DNA from: a virus
Direction: 5' to 3' (one strand)
DNA length: 64,000 bases
IMG/VR virus record: IMGVR_UViG_3300021093_000007
In this document: positions 54,407-64,000 of the stretch, piece after piece
Layout: every line of letters starts with the position of its first letter
Numbering within the stretch: position 1 is the first letter of the stretch
The notes under the pieces: generated by a model
The model's input: only the letters and a program-made list of their open reading frames with translations
Told to the model about the DNA's origin: nothing
Database searches by the model: none
Position numbers and translations under genes: made by a program

Positions 54407-55396
54407 ATGTTTGATCATTTTTATCACCAAGTCTTCAGAAAGACTGTTATTGCATTTGGAACACTTTTTAATGGCATTACCATAAAAAGAGATGGTTCTG
54501 GTAATGATCCTTCTGAAGTAATACAAGTCCCTTTAGCTTATGGACCAACTCAAAAATTCTTAGCAAGAATTGAGCAAGAACCAGATTTAAACAAACCAGT
54601 ACAGATTAGTTTACCCAGGATGTCTTTTGAATTTACTGGGATATCATATGATAATACTAGAAAACTAGCAGCAACACAAGCTTTTACAACTAGTTTAAAA
54701 AATGATGGCAAAGAAATACGTAGAATGTATTTTCCAGTTCCATATAATATGGAATTTGAATTGTCAATCATGACTCTTTTGAATGATGATGCACTTCAAA
54801 TTATTGAACAAATTCTTCCATACTTTCAACCAAATTTTACTCTTACAATTGATCTTGTTGAGTCTATAGGTGAAAAAAGAGATATTCCAATATCTTTAGA
54901 AAATGTATCCTTCCAAGATAATTATGATGGTGATTACAATTCAAGAAGAGTTTTACTTTATACTTTAAAATTTGTTGCTAAAACTTATTTGTTTGGTCCA
55001 GTTCCAGATTCTTCAAAGGACATCATCAAAAAAGTTTCTATTGGTCTTGTTGGTGGAGAGTACAGTACTACAGCATCAAGAGGTTTAATCTACAAAGAAC
55101 CAATTGCTACAAGAAGTTATGCAGGAAATTTAGTGACAAACTTAGCAACTGATATTACAGATACACTAGCAATTCTTGAAGTAAATAATGCGTCAAATAT
55201 TCCAGAAAAATCTTACATTACAATTGATGATGAAACAATATATGTGAGATCAAAAAATAATAATACTTTAACTGTAACAAGAGGTGCTTATAAAACAGAC
55301 AACGTTGAGCACGTTGGTGGAAGTGGTATCTATTTAATTTCTTCAGCAGATAATTCATTAATTATTGCTGGTGATGATTTTGGATTCGGTGGATAA
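54407..55396 (+). CDS. g15: Tail sheath stabiliser/terminator gp15
   Basis: FYHQ..RK..IAFGTLFN; VPLAYGP..KFL; LPRMSFE; PVPYN. Confidence 0.95.
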   Translation: MFDHFYHQVFRKTVIAFGTLFNGITIKRDGSGNDPSEVIQVPLAYGPTQKFLARIEQEPDLNKPVQISLPRMSFEFTGISYDNTRKLAATQAFTTSLKNDGKEIRRMYFPVPYNMEFELSIMTLLNDDALQIIEQILPYFQPNFTLTIDLVESIGEKRDIPISLENVSFQDNYDGDYNSRRVLLYTLKFVAKTYLFGPVPDSSKDIIKKVSIGLVGGEYSTTASRGLIYKEPIATRSYAGNLVTNLATDITDTLAILEVNNASNIPEKSYITIDDETIYVRSKNNNTLTVTRGAYKTDNVEHVGGSGIYLISSADNSLIIAGDDFGFGG

Positions 55397-55400
55397 TATT

Positions 55401-55832
55401 ATGAAAGATAAATTTGAGAATCTAAGTAATGCTTTTGATGTTGATTCATCAATTGTAAAAAAAGAGACTGCTGAAATATCTAAAGATATTAAGAGTGATG
55501 ATTTTGATGTAACTAAAGATTATGAATATACTAGAGGTAATTTATATTCCATTATAGAAAAGGGTCAAGAGGCACTAGACAGTGCTTTAGAATTAGCAAT
55601 TGATGGTGGACAACCAAGAGCATATGAAGTTGTTGGGCAACTTATAAAAAATGTTGCGGATGCCACGGATAAATTATTAGACCTCCAGAAAAAATTAAAA
55701 GACCTTGATGATGATAATTCTAGTAGAAAAGGAACAACAAATGTTACTAATAATGCGGTGTTTTTTGGATCTACTGATGAATTATCAAAATTTTTAAAGA
55801 AACAAAAGGGAAATGATCTTCCAGATAAATAG
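55401..55832 (+). CDS. g16: Terminase small subunit gp16
   Basis: DYEYTRGNLY..IEKGQEA; PRAYEV; NNAVFFGST. Confidence 0.93.
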   Translation: MKDKFENLSNAFDVDSSIVKKETAEISKDIKSDDFDVTKDYEYTRGNLYSIIEKGQEALDSALELAIDGGQPRAYEVVGQLIKNVADATDKLLDLQKKLKDLDDDNSSRKGTTNVTNNAVFFGSTDELSKFLKKQKGNDLPDK

Positions 55833-55850
55833 AAAAAAGTGTTTGTAGAA

Positions 55851-57257
55851 ATGGCAAGTTTTACTATAGAACCCGATGATATTAGATCTGGTCAAAAAGC
55901 TGCAAAAATAAGGGCTCTTGCAAAACAGGGCGCAACTCCAGGTGAGAGAAGGGCAGCCCAAAGTAAAACAAAGGGTCCTAGTATGCCAAAAGTAAGGGCA
56001 GGTGATAAAAATATTACGGACATTCATGCTGGATATGAACCATCATTAGCGGAAATCGTTCTTGGTGAAGAAATGTGTGGTAAAGGGCACTATTGGTGCA
56101 ACACTGATAGACAGTGTAAAAAGATTCCTTCAGGATTTAAGATTGATGGTCAACCAATGGGGACTAAAAGAACTGAGGTTGGAATTGGTAAACCAGTTGC
56201 TGAGCAGACTACCTGTAATCATACTAAAAAAGGAAATAACTGTCCTGTTCATGGGACAAAAGATTGTTCGGTTAAAGAAGAGAGTGTAACTATTGAAGAT
56301 ATGTTTGGTAATAAGTTTGTTGAATTTATTGATTTAATTAAACCACAAGATGTAGTGGATGAGAAAATGGGTTTATGGGATAATATCCATGCTCGCAGAG
56401 AAGCAGGAAAACCACGCAAAAAACCAGGACAAAAAGGTTATCCAAAAACATTAAATGTTGAAAATCATATTGATGTTGCTATGGGTAAAGAATTGGATGA
56501 TGAGGGGTCAATGATTCTCAATCAACTCAATCAACTTGAAATGCATTGCAAGAGAATGAGAGAAGTTATCAAAGATCCTAAAATGCAGATTCCTGCATGG
56601 GTACAATCCAAAGTAACTCTTGCAACTGATTATATGGATGCAGTTGCCAATTATATGTCTGCTAAAAATGAAGAGTATGAAATTGATGAGGCAGTAAGAC
56701 TTCCTTCAGAATATGGTAATTTGATTGCTGCAATTGTAATGTGGAGAGGTAGATCACAACAACTTACATTATTCTTCCCCCAAGCAAAAATGCCATCTAA
56801 AAAAGATGTTCAGAGAGAAGTCGAAAAGATTTATCCTGGTGGCAAAGTTATTACTTTTGGTTTAACCGATATTGCAAGTAACTACTCCGCAATTGATGCT
56901 CCGATTGTTAGGGTTGGATATTATGGTGGAAATCTTGGTAAACCAGGCCCAAATAAGAATTATGTAAAACCAATGGGAGAAGAAGTTGAAGTTGACGAAG
57001 ATTGGCAATCAGTCAATCGTAAAGATAAAACTGATGGTATGAGTAAAGCAGCAGTAGATGCATATCGCCGTGAAAATCCCAAATCTAAATTAAAAACGGC
57101 AGTTACTGAGAAAAAACCAACTGGTAAAAGAGCAAAACGTCGTTCTTCATTTTGCAGCAGAATGAAGGGCATGAAGTCCAAGTTAACTTCCGCAAAAACT
57201 GCAAGAGACCCAGATTCAAGAATCAACAGAGCCCTTCGTCGTTGGAACTGTAACTAG
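55851..57257 (+). CDS. Modular late protein between g16 and g17 (basic C-terminal RR.SFC.RM domain)
   Basis: GATAAATA 55824; patchwork of short modules; C-term DPDSRINRALRRWNC. Confidence 0.8.
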   Translation: MASFTIEPDDIRSGQKAAKIRALAKQGATPGERRAAQSKTKGPSMPKVRAGDKNITDIHAGYEPSLAEIVLGEEMCGKGHYWCNTDRQCKKIPSGFKIDGQPMGTKRTEVGIGKPVAEQTTCNHTKKGNNCPVHGTKDCSVKEESVTIEDMFGNKFVEFIDLIKPQDVVDEKMGLWDNIHARREAGKPRKKPGQKGYPKTLNVENHIDVAMGKELDDEGSMILNQLNQLEMHCKRMREVIKDPKMQIPAWVQSKVTLATDYMDAVANYMSAKNEEYEIDEAVRLPSEYGNLIAAIVMWRGRSQQLTLFFPQAKMPSKKDVQREVEKIYPGGKVITFGLTDIASNYSAIDAPIVRVGYYGGNLGKPGPNKNYVKPMGEEVEVDEDWQSVNRKDKTDGMSKAAVDAYRRENPKSKLKTAVTEKKPTGKRAKRRSSFCSRMKGMKSKLTSAKTARDPDSRINRALRRWNCN

Positions 57258-57276
57258 TAAAATTTAATTAATTATT

Positions 57277-58923
57277 ATGGCAGTTGATCATTATCTTGGT
57301 AATCCTTTATTAAAAAGGGCAAACACACCTCAAGGATTTACCGAAGAACAAATTATAGAGTTTGCCAAATGTATAGACGACCCAGTTTATTTTGCAAAAA
57401 ATTATATCCATATTGTTACCCTGGACTATGGATTGCAGACATTTAATCCATATCCATTCCAGGAAAAAATGCTTGATCGATTTCATAATAATCGATTCAA
57501 TATTTGCAAACTTCCTAGACAGTCTGGTAAGTCTACAATCGTGGTCTCGTATCTTTTACATTATGCAATTTTTAATGATAACGTAAATATTGCAATTCTT
57601 GCTAACAAAGCATCAACTGCAAAAGACTTATTAGACCGCCTTCAAACAGCGTATGAGAACCTTCCTAAGTGGTTACAGCAGGGCGTTCTAACATGGAACA
57701 AAGCATCTCTTGAACTAGAGAACGGTTCTAAGATTATTGCAGCGTCTACATCTGCATCAGCAGTTCGTGGTGGTTCATACAATATCATCTTTCTGGACGA
57801 ATTTGCGTTCGTTGCAAACCATATTGCAGACCAATTCTTCAGCTCAGTATACCCAACAATTTCATCAGGTAAAAATACAAAGGTTATAATTGTTTCTACC
57901 CCACACGGTATGAATCATTTTTATAAACTTTGGCACGATGCTGAGAGGGGTAAAAATGAATATATCCCAACTGAAGTTCATTGGAGTGATGTTCCTGGAA
58001 GAGATGATGCTTGGAAGAAGCAAACTATTGCCAACACATCTGAGCAACAATTTAGAGTTGAGTTTGAATGCGAATTCCTAGGATCTGTTGATACTCTAAT
58101 TAGTCCAAGCAAATTAAGGAACTTGGTTTATGAATCCCCAGCAATTAGTAATCAAGGACTTGATGTTTTTGAAGATTGTAAAGAAGAACATAATTACATT
58201 ATAACTGTTGATGTTGCCAGAGGTGTTGGTAATGATTACTCAGCATTTACTGTTATTGATATAACTCAATTCCCACATACATTAGTGGCAAAGTATAGGG
58301 ATAATGAAATAAAACCAATGCTATTTCCCAGCATTATTCATGAGGTTGCTAAAAATTATAATGAAGCTTATGTGTTATGTGAAGTAAATGACGTTGGTGA
58401 CCAAGTTGCTAGTATTTTACAATATGACTTAGAATATAATAATCTTCTTATGTGCTCAATGAGAGGTAGAGCAGGGCAAATTGTTGGACAAGGATTCTCT
58501 GGCAAAAAGACTCAACTTGGAGTCAAAATGTCAAAAACTGTCAAAAAAGTTGGTTGCCTTAATCTGAAGACTCTAGTTGAAGAAAGTAAACTTCTTTTTA
58601 AAGACTATGACATTATTAGTGAATTAACTACTTTTATTCAAAAGTCAAATTCTTTTGAGGCAGAAGATGGTTGTAATGATGACCTAGCAATGTGCTTGGT
58701 AATCTATGCTTGGTTAGTTTTACAAGATTACTTTAAAGAACTTACAGACCAAGATGTAAGAAAAAAATTATATGAAGAACAAAAAAATCAAATTGAACAA
58801 GATATGGCACCATTTGGATTTATTGTGGATGGGTTAGATTCAAATAGTTTTGTTGATGGTGATGGTGACCGATGGTTTACTGATGAATACGGTGATATGT
58901 CTTATATGTGGGAGTATCAATAA
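57277..58923 (+). CDS. g17: Terminase large subunit gp17
   Basis: YLGNPLLK; PRQSGKST Walker A; IIFLDEFAF Walker B; DDLAM. Confidence 0.97.
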   Translation: MAVDHYLGNPLLKRANTPQGFTEEQIIEFAKCIDDPVYFAKNYIHIVTLDYGLQTFNPYPFQEKMLDRFHNNRFNICKLPRQSGKSTIVVSYLLHYAIFNDNVNIAILANKASTAKDLLDRLQTAYENLPKWLQQGVLTWNKASLELENGSKIIAASTSASAVRGGSYNIIFLDEFAFVANHIADQFFSSVYPTISSGKNTKVIIVSTPHGMNHFYKLWHDAERGKNEYIPTEVHWSDVPGRDDAWKKQTIANTSEQQFRVEFECEFLGSVDTLISPSKLRNLVYESPAISNQGLDVFEDCKEEHNYIITVDVARGVGNDYSAFTVIDITQFPHTLVAKYRDNEIKPMLFPSIIHEVAKNYNEAYVLCEVNDVGDQVASILQYDLEYNNLLMCSMRGRAGQIVGQGFSGKKTQLGVKMSKTVKKVGCLNLKTLVEESKLLFKDYDIISELTTFIQKSNSFEAEDGCNDDLAMCLVIYAWLVLQDYFKELTDQDVRKKLYEEQKNQIEQDMAPFGFIVDGLDSNSFVDGDGDRWFTDEYGDMSYMWEYQ

Positions 58924-59153
58924 TGGAATTAGACAAGCAGATAAAGCTGAGTCATTTATTGCTTGTAGATAGAAGATGTAGAGTATGTGGAGAGAATAAA
59001 AATTTAATTGATGGATTTTACAGAACTCGTAAAAAAAGGGGGACAGTTGCTTCTTCATATTCTTATGAATGTAAAGATTGCACTGTAAAAAGGATTACTA
59101 GTTCTAGAAAAAATACTATTAAAGTTATGGAATGGGAATATCCAGATTGGTGA
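58923..59153 (+). CDS. Small Zn-ribbon protein (CxxC..CxxC)
   Basis: CRVCGE.K....FY...SYECKDC; WEYPDW. Confidence 0.75.
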   Translation: MELDKQIKLSHLLLVDRRCRVCGENKNLIDGFYRTRKKRGTVASSYSYECKDCTVKRITSSRKNTIKVMEWEYPDW

Positions 59154-59240
59154 TATTTGTTCACCCACAATTTCCCCCATGTAATTACCCATTTTCCTAA
59201 ATATTTTCAGATAAACTGAGACTTTTAAGGAGAATTATCC

Positions 59241-62036
59241 ATGGCGACTCCTCAATTATCTCCTGGTGTACTGACTAGAGAGGTTGATTTAACCGTAGGA
59301 AGAGCTGACAATGTATTAGATAACATTGGAGGTATTGCAGGACCCTTTGAACTTGGTCCAGTAAACGAACCAATTACTGTTTCTACTGAACAGGAACTAA
59401 TTAGCATTTTTGGTAAACCCCAAACCGCAGACAACCAATACGAGTATTGGATGAGTGCATCATCATACTTATCGTATGGTGGAGTCCTATCTGTTATTAG
59501 AACTGATGGTGCAAACCTTAAGAATGCTAACTGTGGTGTTGGAACAACTAGCGTAACAAATGTAAAAATTAAAAACTTTGATGACTTCAATGCTAATTAT
59601 AGCAATACAGCAGCAAACTTTTATTATGCTGCTAAGAACCCAGGTACATGGGCAAATGGTTTGAAGATTTGCTATATTGACGATCTTGGAGACCAAATTC
59701 TTGGTATTGCAACAACTTCTTTGTCGAGCATTGGTGCTCAAGTTGGATATGCAGTAACTGTAGATGTTAGTGGTCAAGTTATTCCTGGCACAGGAACAAC
59801 ATCAGTCTTCCAAGGTTATTTAAAGGGAGTTATTACTCAAGCGATTGATTCTCCAGAAACAGGTGTCAGTGCTTTAGTTGTAAAAATCCATTCTAGAGTT
59901 TCTACTGGTGGTACAGAACCAGGTAGACAATATAGAACACATTATACACAAAATAGTTCGTTTGCATCTTTCTTAAAAGATCAAAGAGTTACAATTATTG
60001 ATCCCAATGGATTAGTTGTCTCACCAACCGATTCAATTTCTGCAGTCGGAATTACTTCCTCCACCGCAATTAATGGTCAACAAGGACAAGCATATGCTGG
60101 AGTTGGTGGAACAACTGCAGGAACTGGATCTGGAGCAACATTTACTATTACCAGAAATAATACTGATGGTAACGTTCTAACTGCAGCAATTGTAAATGCT
60201 GGTTTAGGATATACTGTTGGCGACACAGTATCAATTGCTGGAACTGCTGTTGGTGGTTACAATTTATCTCAAGGTGTTATTAACAACATTGGACTTACAA
60301 CTGCTCCTGTAGTTGCACCAGCATCTAATGGTGTATATCTTGCTGTTGCTGGAGTAAGCACAGTTGGTTCTGGTGTATCCTTCAATGTTTACAGAAATGC
60401 TTCTGGTGGAATTGGAACTGTTACAATGGTCAATCCTGGATTGGGATATGGATCAAATACAGTGGTTACTATTCCTGGAGCATCAATTGGTGGAGTTACT
60501 CCTGGAGATAATGCAACATTAACAGTTTCTTCTTTAAGAAATGATAAGGTTATTCTCACAGTAACAAATAGCAATTCAAGAGTTGTTATTGCTGGTGTTG
60601 ATGATTGGTACGATTCTCAAACTTTGGGACTCGATAATTCAACAATTTACTGGAGAACAATTGCACCAAAACCAGGAACATCAAACTATGTTGATGAGCG
60701 TGGTGGATACAATGATGAATTACATCTTGTTGTAGTTGACGATGATGGAACTTTGACAGGAGTTAAAGGCAACATCCTTGAGAAGCATTTATTCTTATCG
60801 AAAGCAAAAGATACTGTATCGGAAGTTAATTCTCCACAAAAAATGTGGTATAAGAATTATCTTGCAAATTATTCAAACTACATTTATGCTGGTGCAAATC
60901 AATCAACACAAAATGATTCTACCTGGAATACATTTCCAACAGGTATTAACTTCAACTTAGCAGATTCAGCTACAATTTACAACTTGGCAGATCCAAACAC
61001 GGTATTTAGTGTTCCATCACTACCATCTCTTATTTGGGACAGAGATTCAAAAGATGCTTGGTTTTCTTCTATCGGTAGAGTTACTTATGATCTCGGAAAT
61101 GGCAAAAATTATACTACTCAAGGCAATTTAAAATCCACCTTAGGTGATATTATGGAATCTTATGAATTATTCAATAATAAAGAAGAAATTGCGGTAGATT
61201 ACTTAATGATGGGTCCTGGATTAGATTCGCTTAGTGATTCTCAAGCAAAAGCAAATAAACTGATTTCTATCGCAGATGGTAGAAAGGACTGTGTTGCAGT
61301 ACTGTCTCCACATAGAGGATCCGTTGTTGATCTATCAAATCCAATTGTTCAAACTAACAATGTTATTGAATTCTTTGGTCCTCTTCAATCTTCATCATAT
61401 GCAGTTTTTGATAGTGGATATAAGTACACCTACGACAGATTCAATAACTTATTCCGTTATATTCCTTGCAACCCAGATGTTGCTGGATTAATGGCAAGAA
61501 CAAATCTGATTGCTTATCCATGGTTCTCACCTGCTGGTCAGCAAAGAGGTGTTTTAAAGAATGCTATTAAACTAGCATTTAATCCAAATAAATCTCAAAG
61601 AGATTCTTTATATTCTGCAAGAGTTAATTCAATTGTCAATCAAACTGGAGCAGGCGTAATTCTTTTTGGAGATAAGACTGCACTAGCTTATGCATCTGCT
61701 TTTGATAGAATTAACGTTCGTAGATTATTCTTAACAGTTGAGCAAGCTCTGGAGAGAGCTGCTGAAGCACAACTCTTTGAATTTAACGATCAGATTACAA
61801 GATCTAATTTTGTAAACATTGTTGAACCTTACTTACGTGATATTCAAGCTAAGCGAGGAATTTATGATTATCTTGTAATTTGCGATGAAACCAACAACAC
61901 TCCAGATATTATTGATAATAACGAATTTAGAGCTGATATCTTCCTGAAACCAGCTAAATCTATTAACTATATTACTCTAACATTTGTTGCGACCAGAACT
62001 GGAGTCAGTTTTGAAGAAGTCGCTGGTAGAGTTTGA
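59241..62036 (+). CDS. g18: Tail sheath protein gp18 (enlarged, 931 aa)
   Basis: LSPGVLTREVDLT; PWFSPAGQQRG; FDRINVRRLF; CTAAATA 59197 and AAGGAG. Confidence 0.97.
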   Translation: MATPQLSPGVLTREVDLTVGRADNVLDNIGGIAGPFELGPVNEPITVSTEQELISIFGKPQTADNQYEYWMSASSYLSYGGVLSVIRTDGANLKNANCGVGTTSVTNVKIKNFDDFNANYSNTAANFYYAAKNPGTWANGLKICYIDDLGDQILGIATTSLSSIGAQVGYAVTVDVSGQVIPGTGTTSVFQGYLKGVITQAIDSPETGVSALVVKIHSRVSTGGTEPGRQYRTHYTQNSSFASFLKDQRVTIIDPNGLVVSPTDSISAVGITSSTAINGQQGQAYAGVGGTTAGTGSGATFTITRNNTDGNVLTAAIVNAGLGYTVGDTVSIAGTAVGGYNLSQGVINNIGLTTAPVVAPASNGVYLAVAGVSTVGSGVSFNVYRNASGGIGTVTMVNPGLGYGSNTVVTIPGASIGGVTPGDNATLTVSSLRNDKVILTVTNSNSRVVIAGVDDWYDSQTLGLDNSTIYWRTIAPKPGTSNYVDERGGYNDELHLVVVDDDGTLTGVKGNILEKHLFLSKAKDTVSEVNSPQKMWYKNYLANYSNYIYAGANQSTQNDSTWNTFPTGINFNLADSATIYNLADPNTVFSVPSLPSLIWDRDSKDAWFSSIGRVTYDLGNGKNYTTQGNLKSTLGDIMESYELFNNKEEIAVDYLMMGPGLDSLSDSQAKANKLISIADGRKDCVAVLSPHRGSVVDLSNPIVQTNNVIEFFGPLQSSSYAVFDSGYKYTYDRFNNLFRYIPCNPDVAGLMARTNLIAYPWFSPAGQQRGVLKNAIKLAFNPNKSQRDSLYSARVNSIVNQTGAGVILFGDKTALAYASAFDRINVRRLFLTVEQALERAAEAQLFEFNDQITRSNFVNIVEPYLRDIQAKRGIYDYLVICDETNNTPDIIDNNEFRADIFLKPAKSINYITLTFVATRTGVSFEEVAGRV

Positions 62037-62074
62037 CCTACTGGATTATTAAATAAAAAGGAGGAACCCTAACA

Positions 62075-62674
62075 ATGGCAAGAGCAATCAGAACTATCAC
62101 CGACTTCAAAGCAAAACTTCAAGGCGGTGCAGCAAGACCAAACCTATTTGAGGTCAGTATCCCAAGATTCCCATCTTCTGTAAGTGGTTGGGACGATGAA
62201 ACTTTTAATTTCCTTTGCAAATCCGCTGCTCTTCCAGCATCAAACGTTGCATCAATCGACGTTCCTTTTAGAGGAAGAATTTTAAAAGTCGCTGGAGATC
62301 GTACATTTGATGTTTGGACAGTCACAGTTATCAATGATGAAGACTTTAAACTAAGAACTTCATTTGAACAGTGGATGAACCAAATTAGTAAATTGAGCAA
62401 TGCTACTGGAGCAACCAGTCCAGCATCATATATGGTTGATGCATATGTTCATCAACTAGGTAGAGGACAAACTAGGTTTTCAACTGCCAATACTTCATCA
62501 ACCACAAATACTCCACTGAGATCATACAGACTTTATGATATATTCCCAACTAATGTATCACAAATTGATCTCTCATATGATACATCAGATACTATTGAGG
62601 AATATACTGTAGACTTCCAAGTTCAGTGGTGGCAAGCTGAGAGTAATGATCAAACTACAACTGCTATTACCTAA
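62075..62674 (+). CDS. g19: Tail tube protein gp19
   Basis: GAARPNLFEV; VPFRGRILKVAGDRTF..W..TVINDEDF. Confidence 0.97.
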   Translation: MARAIRTITDFKAKLQGGAARPNLFEVSIPRFPSSVSGWDDETFNFLCKSAALPASNVASIDVPFRGRILKVAGDRTFDVWTVTVINDEDFKLRTSFEQWMNQISKLSNATGATSPASYMVDAYVHQLGRGQTRFSTANTSSTTNTPLRSYRLYDIFPTNVSQIDLSYDTSDTIEEYTVDFQVQWWQAESNDQTTTAIT

Positions 62675-62708
62675 TAAATAGTATAACAGTTTAAATTACT
62701 TACATATA

Positions 62709-64000
62709 ATGGCAAAATTGTTTGGATTCTCTATTGAGGATAGTAATAAAAAACCATCAGGATTGGTCTCCCCCGTTCCTCAGAATAATGAGGACGGGGC
62801 CGACTATTATCTTACTAGTGGATTTTTTGGTTCTTATGTAGATATTGAAGGTGTTTATCGAAGTGAATTTGATTTAATCAAACGTTATAGAGAAATGGCA
62901 CTTCATCCTGAAGTGGATGGTGCAATTGAAGATATTGTCAATGAAGCGATTGTTAGTGATACTAACGATAGTCCAGTTCAAATTGACCTTGATAATTTAA
63001 ATGCCAGTGACGGACTTAAAAAAAAGGTAAGAGAAGAATTTAAACATATTTTAGAATTAATGGACTTTGATAAAAAGTGCCATGAAATTTATAGGAATTG
63101 GTATGTTGATGGTAGACTTTATTATCACAAACTTATTGATTTAAAAAATCCTCAAGACGGAATTCAAGAATTAAGATATATTGATGCCTTAAAAATGCGT
63201 CATGTTAGACAAGCATCTAAAGGCAATAAGAATGATGCAAGACTTGGACCAAATGGAGAAAAGGATCCGATGGATTCTGGATTCCCAGATATCCAAGAAT
63301 ATTTTATTTACAATGCGTCAGCAAATCAGATAGGAACAATCAATAATAGTTCAAATCAAGTTAATCAGGGAACTAAGTTTTCAAAAGATTCTATTACTTA
63401 TTGCACATCTGGATTAGTTGACAGAAATAAAAATCTAACTCTTTCATATCTTCATAAAGCAATTAAATCTCTCAATCAACTCCGTATGATTGAGGATTCT
63501 CTTGTTATCTATCGTTTATCAAGAGCACCAGAGAGAAGAATTTTTTATATCGACGTAGGTAATCTCCCCAAAATTAAAGCGGAACAATATCTCCGTGATG
63601 TTATGATGCGTTATCGTAATAAACTAGTGTATGATGCTAATACTGGTGAAATTCGTGACGATAAAAAATATATGAGTATGCTTGAAGATTTTTGGTTGCC
63701 AAGAAGAGAAGGTGGTAGAGGAACTGAAATCTCCACTCTTCCTGGAGGTCAAAATTTAGGGGAGCTATCTGATATTAAATACTTCCAAGAAAAATTATAT
63801 CGTTCTTTAAATGTCCCATCTTCTAGAATTGGTGGTCAGGAAGGATTTAATCTTGGAAGATCTTCAGAAATTTTAAGAGACGAACTTAAATTTACTAAAT
63901 TTGTTGGTAGATTAAGAAAGCGTTTTTCCAACATGTTTAATGACATGTTAAGAACTCAACTTCTTCTTAAAAATATTATTACTCCAGAAGATTGGGAGTT
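62709..64000 (+). CDS. g20: Portal protein gp20, 5' part (truncated by window end)
   Basis: MAKLFGFSI; YREMALHPEVD.AIEDIVNEAIV; RAPERRIFYIDVGNLPK; EDFWLPRREGGRGTEI; AATAAATA 62673. Confidence 0.97.
   Translation, partial: MAKLFGFSIEDSNKKPSGLVSPVPQNNEDGADYYLTSGFFGSYVDIEGVYRSEFDLIKRYREMALHPEVDGAIEDIVNEAIVSDTNDSPVQIDLDNLNASDGLKKKVREEFKHILELMDFDKKCHEIYRNWYVDGRLYYHKLIDLKNPQDGIQELRYIDALKMRHVRQASKGNKNDARLGPNGEKDPMDSGFPDIQEYFIYNASANQIGTINNSSNQVNQGTKFSKDSITYCTSGLVDRNKNLTLSYLHKAIKSLNQLRMIEDSLVIYRLSRAPERRIFYIDVGNLPKIKAEQYLRDVMMRYRNKLVYDANTGEIRDDKKYMSMLEDFWLPRREGGRGTEISTLPGGQNLGELSDIKYFQEKLYRSLNVPSSRIGGQEGFNLGRSSEILRDELKFTKFVGRLRKRFSNMFNDMLRTQLLLKNIITPEDWE

Noticed and set aside
58923-59153. Homing endonuclease between g17 and g18
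   Set aside because: Only a Zn-ribbon; no HNH, EndoVII or GIY-YIG catalytic motif
236-62400. Most other minus-strand and out-of-frame ORFs in the track
   Set aside because: They overlap well-coupled + strand genes and lack RBS, promoter or motifs; only 13401..13646 and 24520..25212 were kept
57277-64000. Introns or inteins in terminase, sheath or portal
   Set aside because: Frames are continuous, terminase has normal length, no intein splice motifs seen
1-64000. tRNA/rRNA genes, integrase, transposase, reverse transcriptase/DGR, stop-codon recoding
   Set aside because: No T-loop/cloverleaf or enzyme motifs noticed by eye; all three stops terminate genes normally

Overview
A 64-kb segment of a large T4-like myovirus, very probably a cyanomyovirus (Kyanoviridae-like). 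This is inferred from gene order and cyanophage-type hypothetical proteins; no photosynthesis gene lies in the window. Bases 1 to ~24.4 kb are an early/accessory region of short + strand ORFs, organised in cassettes behind repeated sigma70-type promoters with upstream boxes and stem-loops. It carries a few recognisable enzymes: Zn-metallopeptidase, 2OG-Fe(II) oxygenase, GT11 glycosyltransferase, RlpA, an intact FabF/FabB ketosynthase, a PRMT-like methyltransferase, KTSC and winged-helix proteins. Bases ~25.3-64 kb are the late structural module (GT-A protein, g25, g6, giant g7-like, g8, VrlC-like, g13-g19, start of g20) with TAAATA late promoters. Best leads: (i) early proteins carrying isolated toxin-neutralising antitoxin tails (TacA/AtaR-like and Doc-partner-like), i.e. 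candidate antitoxin mimics; (ii) a ~470-bp non-coding locus at 18.27-18.74 kb with three repeat families and a strong antisense promoter that has no credible gene (origin-like); (iii) three classes of early promoter with fixed-distance boxes, two resembling host LysR and RpaB sites; (iv) two leader pseudoknots; (v) an antisense late gene with a T4 capsid-targeting-like N-terminus; (vi) nested domain repeats in the g7-like protein. All family assignments are by eye from remembered motifs; no searches were run.
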